Shown: in pieces, positions 55,483 through 64,000 of the stretch
Layout of the letters: each line of letters starts with the position of its first letter
Position numbering within the stretch: position 1 is the first letter of the stretch
IMG/VR virus record: IMGVR_UViG_3300046474_000019
DNA length: 64,000 bases
DNA from: an uncultured virus (IMG/VR IMGVR_UViG_3300046474_000019)
Lineage: Duplodnaviria > Heunggongvirae > Uroviricota > Caudoviricetes
Direction: 5' to 3' (one strand)
Program-made: the position numbers and the translations under genes
The notes under the pieces: generated by a model
The model's input: only the letters and a program-made list of their open reading frames with translations
Told to the model about the DNA's origin: nothing
The model's database searches: none

Positions 55483-57209
55483 TTGACTACTCTGCAATGC
55501 GAAAGCAACAGATTATTGATGGGGACTGCCCACCTTGGTACACGTCGGGTGGTATCCAGTTGTTCTACGACAAATATTCGTACAACAACGAAACAGTGAA
55601 GAGCCGATTCAAGACTGTGGCTGCCGCTCTGGCAGTTCACGCTCCTAAAGAGTATCCAACTTGGTGGAACGTGGTTCCGTACTGGGCGGGCAAGACTTGG
55701 GAAGAGGCTTTCTTCCAAGTAATGTGGGATGGCTTTGTAAGCCCGTCTACGCCTCTTCTAGCCAACGGCGGTATCCGTAAACGCGGTACGACTGTAAGCT
55801 GTGCTGGTGGTAACGTAGGCAACAACCTGTTTGATCGTTACGACTTCCTAACAGAAGCGGCAATCCTGACCAAGCACAGTCACGGTACGAGCTACTGCTT
55901 GGACGACTGGCCTGCTGAGGGTGACAAGATTCGTGGTGGACGTTCTCAAGGGCTAATGCCTTTGATCCGTGACATCATTAACGTGATGGAAGAAGTTGCT
56001 CAGGGTCCACGTCGTGGTAGTTGTGCTTATAGCCTACGTCCTCAGCACGGTGACTTTGATAAGGTGGCTGACTACCTGTACGAACGCACTGAGAGTAACA
56101 ACGTTGGCTGGTTGATTGACGATGAGTTTGTCTTCCAAATGCGTGAGCGTGATCCAGAAGCTCTTCGTAAGTTTGCCAAGATGCTTGGTGTTAAGATGCC
56201 ACGTGGTAAAGGCTACTTCACATTCATTGACAAGATGAACCGTAAGTTGGCTAAGGCTTTCAAACGTGCAGGACTACGAGCGAGAGCGAGTAATCTGTGT
56301 CAAGAAACCAACTTGCCAAGTAATGAGATTTATACATTCAGTTGTGTGATCCTGAACTACAACTTGGAAATGTATCGTAGCTGGCCTGAGAAGTTGGTGT
56401 TTGTTGGTCAAGTAATGTCTGACTGCAACATCAGTGAATATCTGGAGTGCATGGCAGAAATGTCTGACTTCGATAAGAAGGCGATGGCTAAGATTCAACT
56501 GTTCACTGAACACTTCCGTGCGTTGGGTTCTGGTGTTCTGGGTTGGCACACACTGCTGCAAACTGAGTCGCTGAGTGTTTCGAGCATGGAAGCAATGATG
56601 CTGAACATCAAGGTGTTCAAAGGTATCCGTGCTGATGCTGACTTGGCTAACGGTTGGTTGGCTGTCACTCTGGGAGAGCCTGTAGGCTGTGTGGGGCTTG
56701 GACAGCGTAATGCTACAATGCTGATGATGCCACCTACCAAATCGACCGCTGAGTTGATGGCAGGAGCTTCTGAGGGTGTAGGCTTGGACGTTGCCATGTG
56801 CTTCACCAAGCAATCGGCTGGTGGTGAGTTCTTCCGCATTAACAAAGTGCTGTTGCAACTGATCAAAGAGAAAGGTTTGGATATCAACCAATGCGTTAAG
56901 GATATGAACGAACGCAAAGGCAGTGTCCAACATGTAACATGGCTGACTGACCATGAGAAGACAGTGTTCCGCACAGGGTTTGAGATTCCAATGGAAGATC
57001 ACCTGATGCAGTGTTCTCAACGTCAGAAGTATATCGACCAAGGGCAGAGCATTAACCTCTACTTCACGTCGAATGACAGTCCAGAGTACATCGGCAAGAT
57101 TCACAGGATTGCTTTCGAAGACCCTGAGATTCTGTCTCTGTACTACATCTATTCCATGCGTGGTGCGGGAGAAATTACTCGTATCGAATCGTGTGAAATG
57201 TGCCAATAA
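55479..57209 (+). CDS. nrdA: ribonucleotide reductase alpha subunit
   Basis: SPSTP, VSC, RRGS, SNLCQE, PTKST, QKYIDQGQS, YY, C-terminal CEMC. Confidence 0.93.
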   Translation: MIDYSAMRKQQIIDGDCPPWYTSGGIQLFYDKYSYNNETVKSRFKTVAAALAVHAPKEYPTWWNVVPYWAGKTWEEAFFQVMWDGFVSPSTPLLANGGIRKRGTTVSCAGGNVGNNLFDRYDFLTEAAILTKHSHGTSYCLDDWPAEGDKIRGGRSQGLMPLIRDIINVMEEVAQGPRRGSCAYSLRPQHGDFDKVADYLYERTESNNVGWLIDDEFVFQMRERDPEALRKFAKMLGVKMPRGKGYFTFIDKMNRKLAKAFKRAGLRARASNLCQETNLPSNEIYTFSCVILNYNLEMYRSWPEKLVFVGQVMSDCNISEYLECMAEMSDFDKKAMAKIQLFTEHFRALGSGVLGWHTLLQTESLSVSSMEAMMLNIKVFKGIRADADLANGWLAVTLGEPVGCVGLGQRNATMLMMPPTKSTAELMAGASEGVGLDVAMCFTKQSAGGEFFRINKVLLQLIKEKGLDINQCVKDMNERKGSVQHVTWLTDHEKTVFRTGFEIPMEDHLMQCSQRQKYIDQGQSINLYFTSNDSPEYIGKIHRIAFEDPEILSLYYIYSMRGAGEITRIESCEMCQ

Positions 57210-57274
57210 GGGGTTGACAGCCTCCTGAAACCCTGTAGACTTGCCTCCATCGCTAACGCCTTGGGGGCATTTTT

Positions 57275-57514
57275 ATGAACGGAGCAAAGAAGTTTCACAA
57301 TCCAGACGGGCCAGCCTTTAACGAAGGTGAACGCTGGGTTGGTAGTAGTGGTTTTCCAGTGACGATTCATCGCACTGAACGGTACGGGGTTGACAAGTGG
57401 GATGTGGATGTGTTCTACTGGGTGCCAATGGATTCACGGCGTTCAATCGAATGCAAGAAGGATGCTTGGAACTTCCAAGTGCGTTATCAACACGAAGCGG
57501 ACATGGTGATTTAA
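57275..57514 (+). CDS. hypothetical protein
   Basis: Downstream of promoter TTGACA-N16-TAGACT at 57214-57241. Confidence 0.6.
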   Translation: MNGAKKFHNPDGPAFNEGERWVGSSGFPVTIHRTERYGVDKWDVDVFYWVPMDSRRSIECKKDAWNFQVRYQHEADMVI

Positions 57515-57648
57515 TGAACATCGAAATAGCTATGAGTTGGGTCTTGACAGTAGGTGGCATTGCCGGTATCATTTGGCTTCCAAAACACTACGTGCCAATC
57601 AACCTGATGGCAGTGATCACTGGGGTTCTTCTACTTCAAGGAGCATAA
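57514..57648 (+). CDS. small membrane protein
   Basis: TAATG overlap; hydrophobic. Confidence 0.55.
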   Translation: MNIEIAMSWVLTVGGIAGIIWLPKHYVPINLMAVITGVLLLQGA

Positions 57649-57649
57649 G

Positions 57650-57991
57650 ATGCGGCACACGGAAAAACGATTCCTGACCGAGGAAGCTGGTGAGACAGGT
57701 AGCATGGTGACTACTGTCGAAACTGCTCGGGTCAAAGACATGGACGAATGGTCTATCAATCATGGCCCGTACATCAGCGGTGATATCCAGATTCGTGACT
57801 GCGGTGGTCGTCCTGTTAATCTGGACTTCGATGCACGTGGTGAAAGACAGTTCTTCAAACGGCTGACAAAGCTGGATGAAATGATTGCACAACTACAACG
57901 TATGCGTGTACAATACCACGAAATGTGGTACAGTCACCTTCGTGATATTGAATTCAAAAAGAAAGAACTTGAAAAGGAGAATACGAAATGA
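57650..57991 (+). CDS. hypothetical protein
   Basis: AAGGAG RBS. Confidence 0.7.
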   Translation: MRHTEKRFLTEEAGETGSMVTTVETARVKDMDEWSINHGPYISGDIQIRDCGGRPVNLDFDARGERQFFKRLTKLDEMIAQLQRMRVQYHEMWYSHLRDIEFKKKELEKENTK

Positions 57992-58167
57992 TTAAATACG
58001 AAGAGCTAAAAATGGGCACCAAAGTACGTCTGATCAACCAAGACGGGTGGGGTCGGTTGCGTGTTGGTGTGGTATACGAAGTGACTAACCTCTGGGATGT
58101 TTGTATTACTCTCGACGGCATCCCGGTTTCCATGGTATTCGCAGAGGATTTTGAGGTGGTTGAATGA
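57988..58167 (+). CDS. hypothetical protein
   Basis: AAGGAG RBS; MIKYEELKMGTKVRL; ATGA overlaps at both ends. Confidence 0.6.
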   Translation: MIKYEELKMGTKVRLINQDGWGRLRVGVVYEVTNLWDVCITLDGIPVSMVFAEDFEVVE

Positions 58168-58400
58168 ACGTAACAATCTATAGCAAAGTGCCTTGCCCCT
58201 CTTGCGAGCAGGCCAAGAACGTGCTAAAGTCTCGCGGTATCGAGTTCGATGTACTTGTCTTGGGCAAAGATTACGACATGGAAGAGCTGATGGACAAGCT
58301 GGAAGAAATCGGTATGATGGGTTTCCGCACTTTCCCCCTGATGATTCAGGGCGGGCTGGGCTACACCTTCAACACAATTGATCAAATCAAAGGAGAATAA
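58164..58400 (+). CDS. glutaredoxin
   Basis: TIYSK..CPSC..AK..L; RTFP. Confidence 0.88.
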   Translation: MNVTIYSKVPCPSCEQAKNVLKSRGIEFDVLVLGKDYDMEELMDKLEEIGMMGFRTFPLMIQGGLGYTFNTIDQIKGE

Positions 58401-58401
58401 G

Positions 58402-58617
58402 ATGACACCGTGCGAAGAAAAGGGTTACAAGATTGGTGATAAGTTTGTTGCCTTAGAGGGCAGCCTGTTTCCAGTAGGCACTATCGTACAATTGTTTGAG
58501 GATGATGGTACAACCTGCCCTCTGTTCAAAGGCGAGGGTAGCGGTTGGGATCATGCGGGCGGCGAACCCGGCGCCTACGAATACCTCAGCGACCTCAAAC
58601 CACTTAACAAGGAGTAA
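58402..58617 (+). CDS. hypothetical protein
   Basis: AAGGAG RBS; TPCEEKGYKIGDKF, DDGTTCPLF. Confidence 0.7.
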   Translation: MTPCEEKGYKIGDKFVALEGSLFPVGTIVQLFEDDGTTCPLFKGEGSGWDHAGGEPGAYEYLSDLKPLNKE

Positions 58618-58619
58618 TC

Positions 58620-58811
58620 ATGAATTCTCACGAAGCTACCCAATACCTCGCTGGCATGATCGAAGCCATCCAAGTTCTGCACACCCAAGCTCGGGCTGTT
58701 GCTGATGAACATGATATCGCATTCGATATCACTCTGGAAGGTGGTCGTAACTACAACACCACTGCTGACTACGCACCCGGTGGTAGTTGGGAATCGAGCG
58801 CTCATTGCTAA
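58620..58811 (+). CDS. WxSSxxC-tail family protein 1
   Basis: Ends WESSAHC; ADEHDIAF motif. Confidence 0.7.
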   Translation: MNSHEATQYLAGMIEAIQVLHTQARAVADEHDIAFDITLEGGRNYNTTADYAPGGSWESSAHC

Positions 58812-58820
58812 GGAGTTGTC

Positions 58821-59192
58821 ATGATCGAACGTAACGTTGAAGCGATGGTGAAGGCCATCCGTGACTGGGAGTTGAAGGCTGGTGAAGGTTTCACTGACTA
58901 CTTCCTTGACAACTGGCCGGTGGGGAGTTGGGCATACTGGCTGCTAGGTAAAGGCCACACCGAATGGGCCAACAACATCATCAATGCCAACGAGAAAGAT
59001 CGGTACGTTGATCAGGAATTGAAGTTTGAGTTCTACGATGACTACGCCAGCGGTGATTGGTCTGAGGAAGACTACTGCAAGAACGTCCGTGTCTGGGCTG
59101 AATTCTTGGTTGAGAGTGATCAATACTTCCGCCGAGTGAACAAGTTCTTTGACGAGTATTTCACAGTGGAGGACGACGATGATGATCTTTGA
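58821..59192 (+). CDS. acidic, Trp-rich hypothetical protein
   Basis: AAGGAG RBS. Confidence 0.7.
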   Translation: MIERNVEAMVKAIRDWELKAGEGFTDYFLDNWPVGSWAYWLLGKGHTEWANNIINANEKDRYVDQELKFEFYDDYASGDWSEEDYCKNVRVWAEFLVESDQYFRRVNKFFDEYFTVEDDDDDL

Positions 59193-59397
59193 TGTTGAGA
59201 AAGATGAGTATGGTGACTTATTCACCATCAAAGAATTTGTAGATGCTGTAGTATGCGGGGCTTTCATTCCTGATGACGGCATCGGGTTCTTCGGCACTGA
59301 AACTCATTACACTTATGACCGCAGTGTTTGGGGTGGCGTTGGTGTAGTGTCAGCCATTAATGAAGGTGCAACGCACGTACATTGGTTTAATAAATAA
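59179..59397 (+). CDS. hypothetical protein
   Basis: GDLFTIKEF...FIPDDGIG...THVHWFNK. Confidence 0.7.
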   Translation: MMIFDVEKDEYGDLFTIKEFVDAVVCGAFIPDDGIGFFGTETHYTYDRSVWGGVGVVSAINEGATHVHWFNK

Positions 59398-59408
59398 AGG
59401 AGAGAACA

Positions 59409-59822
59409 TTGAGCATCAACAATCTAGAAGTATTTGAAGTGGCACGAATCCATGATTCACTGGGCTACTTGCAAGACACCATCTATCGTGGTAACGTAGA
59501 AGCTGGTTGGTGGATGGATATCAAAACACGTCAACCTCACCCTCAAGGTGACATCACTCTGGTACTGTCCAAGCTGGCTTTGGTTCATTCCGAAGTGAGC
59601 GAAGCTGTTGAAGGTGTTCGCAAGGGTCTGATGGATGACCACTTGACCCATCGCCCAATGGCTGAAGTTGAACTGGCTGACGCCATCATCCGTGCATTCG
59701 ACCTTGCTGGTCACGAAGGCTGGGACTTGGCTGGTGCGATCTTGGAGAAGCTGTACTACAACTCGACCAGACTAGATCATAAGCTGGAGAACCGTCTTCA
59801 AGACGGCGGTAAGAAAGCTTAG
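59409..59822 (+). CDS. MazG-like NTP pyrophosphohydrolase
   Basis: LALVHSEVSEAVEG.RK, EVELADAIIR..DL, EK..YN..R. Confidence 0.82.
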   Translation: MSINNLEVFEVARIHDSLGYLQDTIYRGNVEAGWWMDIKTRQPHPQGDITLVLSKLALVHSEVSEAVEGVRKGLMDDHLTHRPMAEVELADAIIRAFDLAGHEGWDLAGAILEKLYYNSTRLDHKLENRLQDGGKKA

Positions 59823-60331
59823 TGGCAGGTAAGAAACAACCGGATAGAGTTGACCCAACATGTAAAGTTTGTTCTGAGGCACTGTCCAGTGAAAATTGGA
59901 CACCCTCTTGTCGTAAAGTTCGTCGCTATATTTGTGGAGGTTGTTGGGTTATCAGGCAGAAAAACTACGCAAACAAGAATCCACAAAGTAAGGAAGAGAA
60001 GAACGAGAAGCGTAAAATGAGAGAAGCTTCTTGGTCTGATGAGCGTAAGTTAAGGGAGCACCACAGGCGTAAGAACAGCTACCTACAAAAGACCTATGGG
60101 ATAAGTCTTGAAACATATAATTTGATGTTGACTGACCAAAGCAACTCCTGTAAGATTTGCCTAACTACTGAGCCGGGAGGCATGGGTTCAGTGTTTCATG
60201 TAGACCACTGTCATGATTCTGGTGCTGTTCGTGGTCTTTTGTGTATGGCTTGTAATATTATGTTAGGTAAGGCTCAGGATAATCCTGAAACCCTAAGAAG
60301 AGCAATCAACTATCTGGAGGAAAATAAATGA
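59822..60331 (+). CDS. endonuclease VII-family protein
   Basis: YGIS...CKIC...HVDHCH..GAVRGLLC..CN..LG. Confidence 0.88.
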   Translation: MAGKKQPDRVDPTCKVCSEALSSENWTPSCRKVRRYICGGCWVIRQKNYANKNPQSKEEKNEKRKMREASWSDERKLREHHRRKNSYLQKTYGISLETYNLMLTDQSNSCKICLTTEPGGMGSVFHVDHCHDSGAVRGLLCMACNIMLGKAQDNPETLRRAINYLEENK

Positions 60332-60837
60332 GCATCTTGTATACACTGGCTAAAGAGCTTGCCAACAACGACCATCTGAATGGTCAGTGGCCGTCTCTAA
60401 CTGAAGAAGATGGTGAAGTGATTGTACCAACACGTTGCACTCAAACTGGCAACTACACCCTGAGCTTCGATGAAGCAGTGTTCCCGTTCATCCATTGGAG
60501 AACCAAAGAGCTTGACTACATGGAAGAACTGGAAGACGTTGAAGGTCTACCGTTTGTTGGTGAGTACGGCGAAGGTGAGACAATCACCAAGGCAGAGTAC
60601 GAAGAGTTCCTGCAAACCGTTGTAGGTGGTGATGCTTCCAAGCTCTCTGCATACTTCGAAGCTAAAGTTCGTGAGAACACTGCTAAGATTGCAGAGCTGA
60701 ATGAGCAAGTGGGGGTATTGGTTGATCAAATTGCTGCACTCTCTTACGAGGCTGGTCTTCCAGTGAGTGTTGACCTTGGCAACCGTGGCAGTCTTGATCT
60801 GGACGGTCCTTGGGACAGCTCTAGCGCCTACTGCTAA
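60328..60837 (+). CDS. WxSSxxC-tail family protein 2
   Basis: Ends WDSSSAYC. Confidence 0.7.
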   Translation: MSILYTLAKELANNDHLNGQWPSLTEEDGEVIVPTRCTQTGNYTLSFDEAVFPFIHWRTKELDYMEELEDVEGLPFVGEYGEGETITKAEYEEFLQTVVGGDASKLSAYFEAKVRENTAKIAELNEQVGVLVDQIAALSYEAGLPVSVDLGNRGSLDLDGPWDSSSAYC

Positions 60838-60908
60838 TGGCACATTCTGTAGAGTTTCTGGGTTGTCTGGAAACTCTCTTACAAAAAAAAAACTTGGAGG
60901 AATTAAAA

Positions 60909-61307
60909 ATGGCTTCTACTTCTGTTGAAACTGGTCGTGTTGTACTGCTGGGCTCTATCTCTTTGATCGCTCAAACCGTCACATACGATCTTTATAATGG
61001 TGCAACTCACTCCTACAACACACACACCTTTGAAGGTCTTGGTGATGGCGTAGAGGCTCTTTCCAATCTGGCTCTGTTGCTGAAGAACATCCCAGAAGAC
61101 GGCGCTCTTGACCTGAGTGCGGATGATCTGGAAGACCTGTTGAAAGATTGGGCACGTGATATCTCTGAGGGTGCTGAGCTGCCTTTCACCTTCGAAGATC
61201 GTGACGGCGACACCAACACCTACACTCCAGCCTCTCTGTGGGAATCGTCTGGTGGTTGTGAGTGGGAAGAGTCTGCTCAGGAAGGCGACTGGGGTTGGAA
61301 CATCTGA
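60909..61307 (+). CDS. WxSSxxC family protein 3
   Basis: WESSGGC then WEES; GGAGG RBS (alternative start at 60837). Confidence 0.7.
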   Translation: MASTSVETGRVVLLGSISLIAQTVTYDLYNGATHSYNTHTFEGLGDGVEALSNLALLLKNIPEDGALDLSADDLEDLLKDWARDISEGAELPFTFEDRDGDTNTYTPASLWESSGGCEWEESAQEGDWGWNI

Positions 61308-61546
61308 TGGCTGATAAACAAGCACTTACTCGACAAATTGCTGACCTTATCAATCAAGCTCAAAAGCTTGTGTATGAAGCAGAGAGCATTGCAGATGAAC
61401 ACGGCCTGTCGTTCACTGTAGACTTTGGAACTTATGGCATGGGCGGTTCCTATACTGGTGCTGCTGCCATCGACGAAGAAGACCGTGAATACTACGGCAT
61501 CGAAGAAGGTGAAGGCCACTGGAACGCTTCTAGCCAGTCCTGCTAA
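61307..61546 (+). CDS. WxSSxxC-tail family protein 4
   Basis: Ends WNASSQSC; ADEHGLSF motif. Confidence 0.72.
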   Translation: MADKQALTRQIADLINQAQKLVYEAESIADEHGLSFTVDFGTYGMGGSYTGAAAIDEEDREYYGIEEGEGHWNASSQSC

Positions 61547-61553
61547 AAGAATT

Positions 61554-61594
61554 AAGCCTCTGGGGTTGACGCCTCGGGGGCTTTTCTGTATGAT
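61554..61594 (+). terminator. terminator hairpin overlapping a sigma70-like promoter
   Basis: AAGCCTCTGGGG-TTGACG-CCTCGGGGGCTT-TT; TTGACG-N17-TATGAT. Confidence 0.65.
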
Positions 61595-61620
61595 CCTCCT
61601 ACTAAGTTTCAGGAGGGATT

Positions 61621-62271
61621 ATGAAGAGGGTTAATGGTGGTAAAGTCCTAGACTTTAAAGATTCGAAAGGGTTGTGGGTTAGGAGTTATACGGAAGTAGT
61701 TGGTGATATTAGGTATCAGTACTACACAAGAGCTGGTATACTTTGGAATAGTATCCTTTCACGTTGTAATCCTGAAGGGGCAGAGCAAAAGAGGAATGCT
61801 GCTTACAGAGGCACAGTGAATAAGTTCAAAGATTTTCAAGCTTTCGCAACTTGGTGTCAAACCCAGCATGGGTATATGTACTCAGACAATGGTGAGTACT
61901 GGCCGATTGATAAAGATTTGACGCAGCCGGGTTGCAAAATTTACTCAGAAGAAACGTGCTGCTTTGTTAGTAAAATGGCAAATACAATCTTATTGTCTTG
62001 CAGAGCGACAAGGGGAGACTATCCAGTTGGGGTCCATAGAGATATTGATAGCAAAAGTTTTATTGCACAGTGTAGCGGACATGTCCCACGTCGTTTGGGT
62101 GCATTTTGTACGCCGATGGAAGCCCATAAGGCTTGGCAGAAAGCTAAGCTTAGGCAGTTGACAAAGACTCTAGAAGACAATAGACTGGGGGCCAAAGCAG
62201 TAGAAGCTTTGAAGAACCTGATAGCAAAAATTGAAACTGACCTTGAAAACGGAGAAGAAACATTATGCTGA
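61621..62271 (+). CDS. HNH-like homing endonuclease (LDKD/YSPETC family)
   Basis: FQAFATW, IDKDL, YSEETC. Confidence 0.75.
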   Translation: MKRVNGGKVLDFKDSKGLWVRSYTEVVGDIRYQYYTRAGILWNSILSRCNPEGAEQKRNAAYRGTVNKFKDFQAFATWCQTQHGYMYSDNGEYWPIDKDLTQPGCKIYSEETCCFVSKMANTILLSCRATRGDYPVGVHRDIDSKSFIAQCSGHVPRRLGAFCTPMEAHKAWQKAKLRQLTKTLEDNRLGAKAVEALKNLIAKIETDLENGEETLC

Positions 62272-63203
62272 TGATCGGAAGTCGCGCCCTTATCGCCAAC
62301 AACCCGGAACTCTGTGGTGTAAGAACCCCGAACGACTGGGATTTTATCTGCACAATCGAACAGTTTACTGCATGGCACAAAGCTAGTAAGGCTAATCTCC
62401 AATTTGCCGTGCCAACTCAAGGCGGTAAGTACTACCACGCACGTGATAAGCAAGGTGTAAATTTCGAGTTTGAGTTGGCGTGGACGGGTACGTCTGCTGA
62501 GACATTCCTCATCGAGTACAACTGCATGAATGTTGATACTCATGCAACGGCGAGCAACCACGACCTGCTGTTGATCAAGGAGAGTCATAAGTATAAGCGT
62601 AACAGTCCACATTTCCTGAAAACTATGTCGGATATTAAATTCTTGCGTGGGAAGCTCAACGGCGGGAAGCCTGTGGAGTGGATCGAACGTAACCTGGAAA
62701 TCCTTAAAACCCGTGAAGCTGAGTCATACAACTACGCTCACCCAAAACTGAACGTCAGTTCAAAAGACTTCTTCAATGGTGATGGTGTGAACTACGTGTA
62801 CGACCATGACGAAATCCATAAGATAGTGGCTGTAGAAAATACACCAGCATACACGAAGTACATGCAAGATGGTGAACAGGTAATGACTAGCAAAGAGAAA
62901 TTCTGGTCTGTCGATCAACGCACACGTCTGTTGGGTGGTCTTGAAGAGTCAATGGTCTTGGCATTGGAACGTTCTCAAATTCCACACGGACTCGGTAAAG
63001 AGGGCGGTCCTACTGACCGTTGGAGTTTTGAAATGGCACTCAATAAAGTCTGCACCTCGATTACCAGTGGGTACTTCCGCGAGTTTTGCTGGGAACACCA
63101 CAGTGAGATTATGGCAATGTATGAAGAAATGGGAGAGTCTTGGTACACAAATAAATTTAAGGAGGCAGTAGTTAATGGGAAAATCTTACCTCGGGATATG
63201 TGA
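62265..63203 (+). CDS. putative nucleotidyltransferase (Pol-beta superfamily)
   Basis: MIGSRAL...NDWDF fits hGS-x-DhD; YDHDEIH. Confidence 0.7.
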   Translation: MLMIGSRALIANNPELCGVRTPNDWDFICTIEQFTAWHKASKANLQFAVPTQGGKYYHARDKQGVNFEFELAWTGTSAETFLIEYNCMNVDTHATASNHDLLLIKESHKYKRNSPHFLKTMSDIKFLRGKLNGGKPVEWIERNLEILKTREAESYNYAHPKLNVSSKDFFNGDGVNYVYDHDEIHKIVAVENTPAYTKYMQDGEQVMTSKEKFWSVDQRTRLLGGLEESMVLALERSQIPHGLGKEGGPTDRWSFEMALNKVCTSITSGYFREFCWEHHSEIMAMYEEMGESWYTNKFKEAVVNGKILPRDM

Positions 63204-63744
63204 GGACGTTTACAGGAACGGTAAGTGGTTACAGACTGAGACGACTGCTATGGGTGTGTATAACACTCGTAGTGGTTCGATTTGGAGGGGCTTACAGTAC
63301 CGCACAAAGAAGGCAACGAAAGGTTATGCTGAGTCAACCAACGACTTCGTAGACTTCCAACACTTTGCCGTTTGGCACAGGAGTCAGGTTGGCTACGATC
63401 TTGGTTGGCACTTGGATAAAGACCTACTTGGAGACGGAAACAGTTATTCACCAGACACTTGCTGCCTACTACCCGGTACACTCAATGTGTTGATGCAAGG
63501 AATCGGTAGCTGGAAGCGTGGCGAAAAGGTTGGAGCTTCACACTATAAGCGTGATGACAACTGGCGAGCCTACGGGAATGACTTCTACGAGCAGGTACAT
63601 CTTGGGTACTTCAAGACTCAAGACGAAGCCCACTGGCAGTGGAAGCTGGACAAAGCTGCGAGGATTAAAGGTGCTTGTGATATGTTGCTACCACTGCACG
63701 TCAGTGATGGTATAAATAATTTGATAAAACAGTTGACACAATAG
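63175..63744 (+). CDS. HNH-like homing endonuclease (LDKD/YSPETC family)
   Basis: FQHFAVW, LDKDLL, YSPDTC. Confidence 0.75.
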   Translation: MGKSYLGICEDVYRNGKWLQTETTAMGVYNTRSGSIWRGLQYRTKKATKGYAESTNDFVDFQHFAVWHRSQVGYDLGWHLDKDLLGDGNSYSPDTCCLLPGTLNVLMQGIGSWKRGEKVGASHYKRDDNWRAYGNDFYEQVHLGYFKTQDEAHWQWKLDKAARIKGACDMLLPLHVSDGINNLIKQLTQ

Positions 63745-63800
63745 AAAGAAAGATTCAGAATACACCCCTCGACACGGACAACCTACTGGAGGAAACATTA

Positions 63801-63944
63801 ATGTTTAAAGAATATCGTTTGGAATTGGCAGTTGTAACTGCTGTATGCTGCGTGTACAATCTGTACACCGCCAACATCATCTTGGCTGTCGTTTGTGGAG
63901 TAGCGGCTGTCGGCAACTACCTGTGCTATAAGGTGGGCAAATGA
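63801..63944 (+). CDS. small membrane protein
   Basis: GGAGG RBS; hydrophobic 47 aa. Confidence 0.6.
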   Translation: MFKEYRLELAVVTAVCCVYNLYTANIILAVVCGVAAVGNYLCYKVGK

Positions 63945-64000
63945 ACTTCCACGGCATGATGGCATCGGCTGGTTGGGGCTTGTTCATGGCTGCGGTGATT

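Noticed and set aside
52330..59822. 2-aminoadenine (Z) or other modified-base pathway suggested by the DUF5664-like and MazG-like genes
   Set aside because: No PurZ, DatZ, Que or DpdA-like gene is seen in the window

Overview
64 kb of a lytic, contractile-tailed dsDNA phage genome. Gene order resembles PAK_P1/phiPsa374-type Pseudomonas myoviruses; this taxonomy is my inference and was not searched. Layout: (1) a minus-strand block with a ClpP-like protease and PhoH; (2) a cluster of about 20 CCA-ending tRNAs, several atypical, interleaved with non-tRNA structured RNAs; (3) a head-neck-tail-baseplate-fibre operon with a -1 frameshifted tail chaperone; (4) a lysis cassette interrupted by a fibre-domain gene and an SGNH hydrolase; (5) an RNA ligase; (6) replication and nucleotide-metabolism genes (primase-helicase, family A polymerase, SSB, exonuclease, ThyX, NrdAB, glutaredoxin, MazG-like); (7) about 11 HNH/endonuclease-like ORFs. 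Three unexplained signals stand out. First, two homologous ~300-nt structured RNAs (1978-2296 and 36691-36978) show covariation, each has its own promoter, and each carries a copy-specific 10-mer twice behind fixed 9-nt leaders on either side of a long hairpin. Second, a ~317-nt closed, AAAG-rich RNA directly follows a coiled-coil protein gene (38698-39637). Third, four paralogous acidic proteins carrying a W-x(1-2)-S-S-x(2-3)-C motif sit upstream of a nucleotidyltransferase. All calls were made by eye, with no database searches or folding software.
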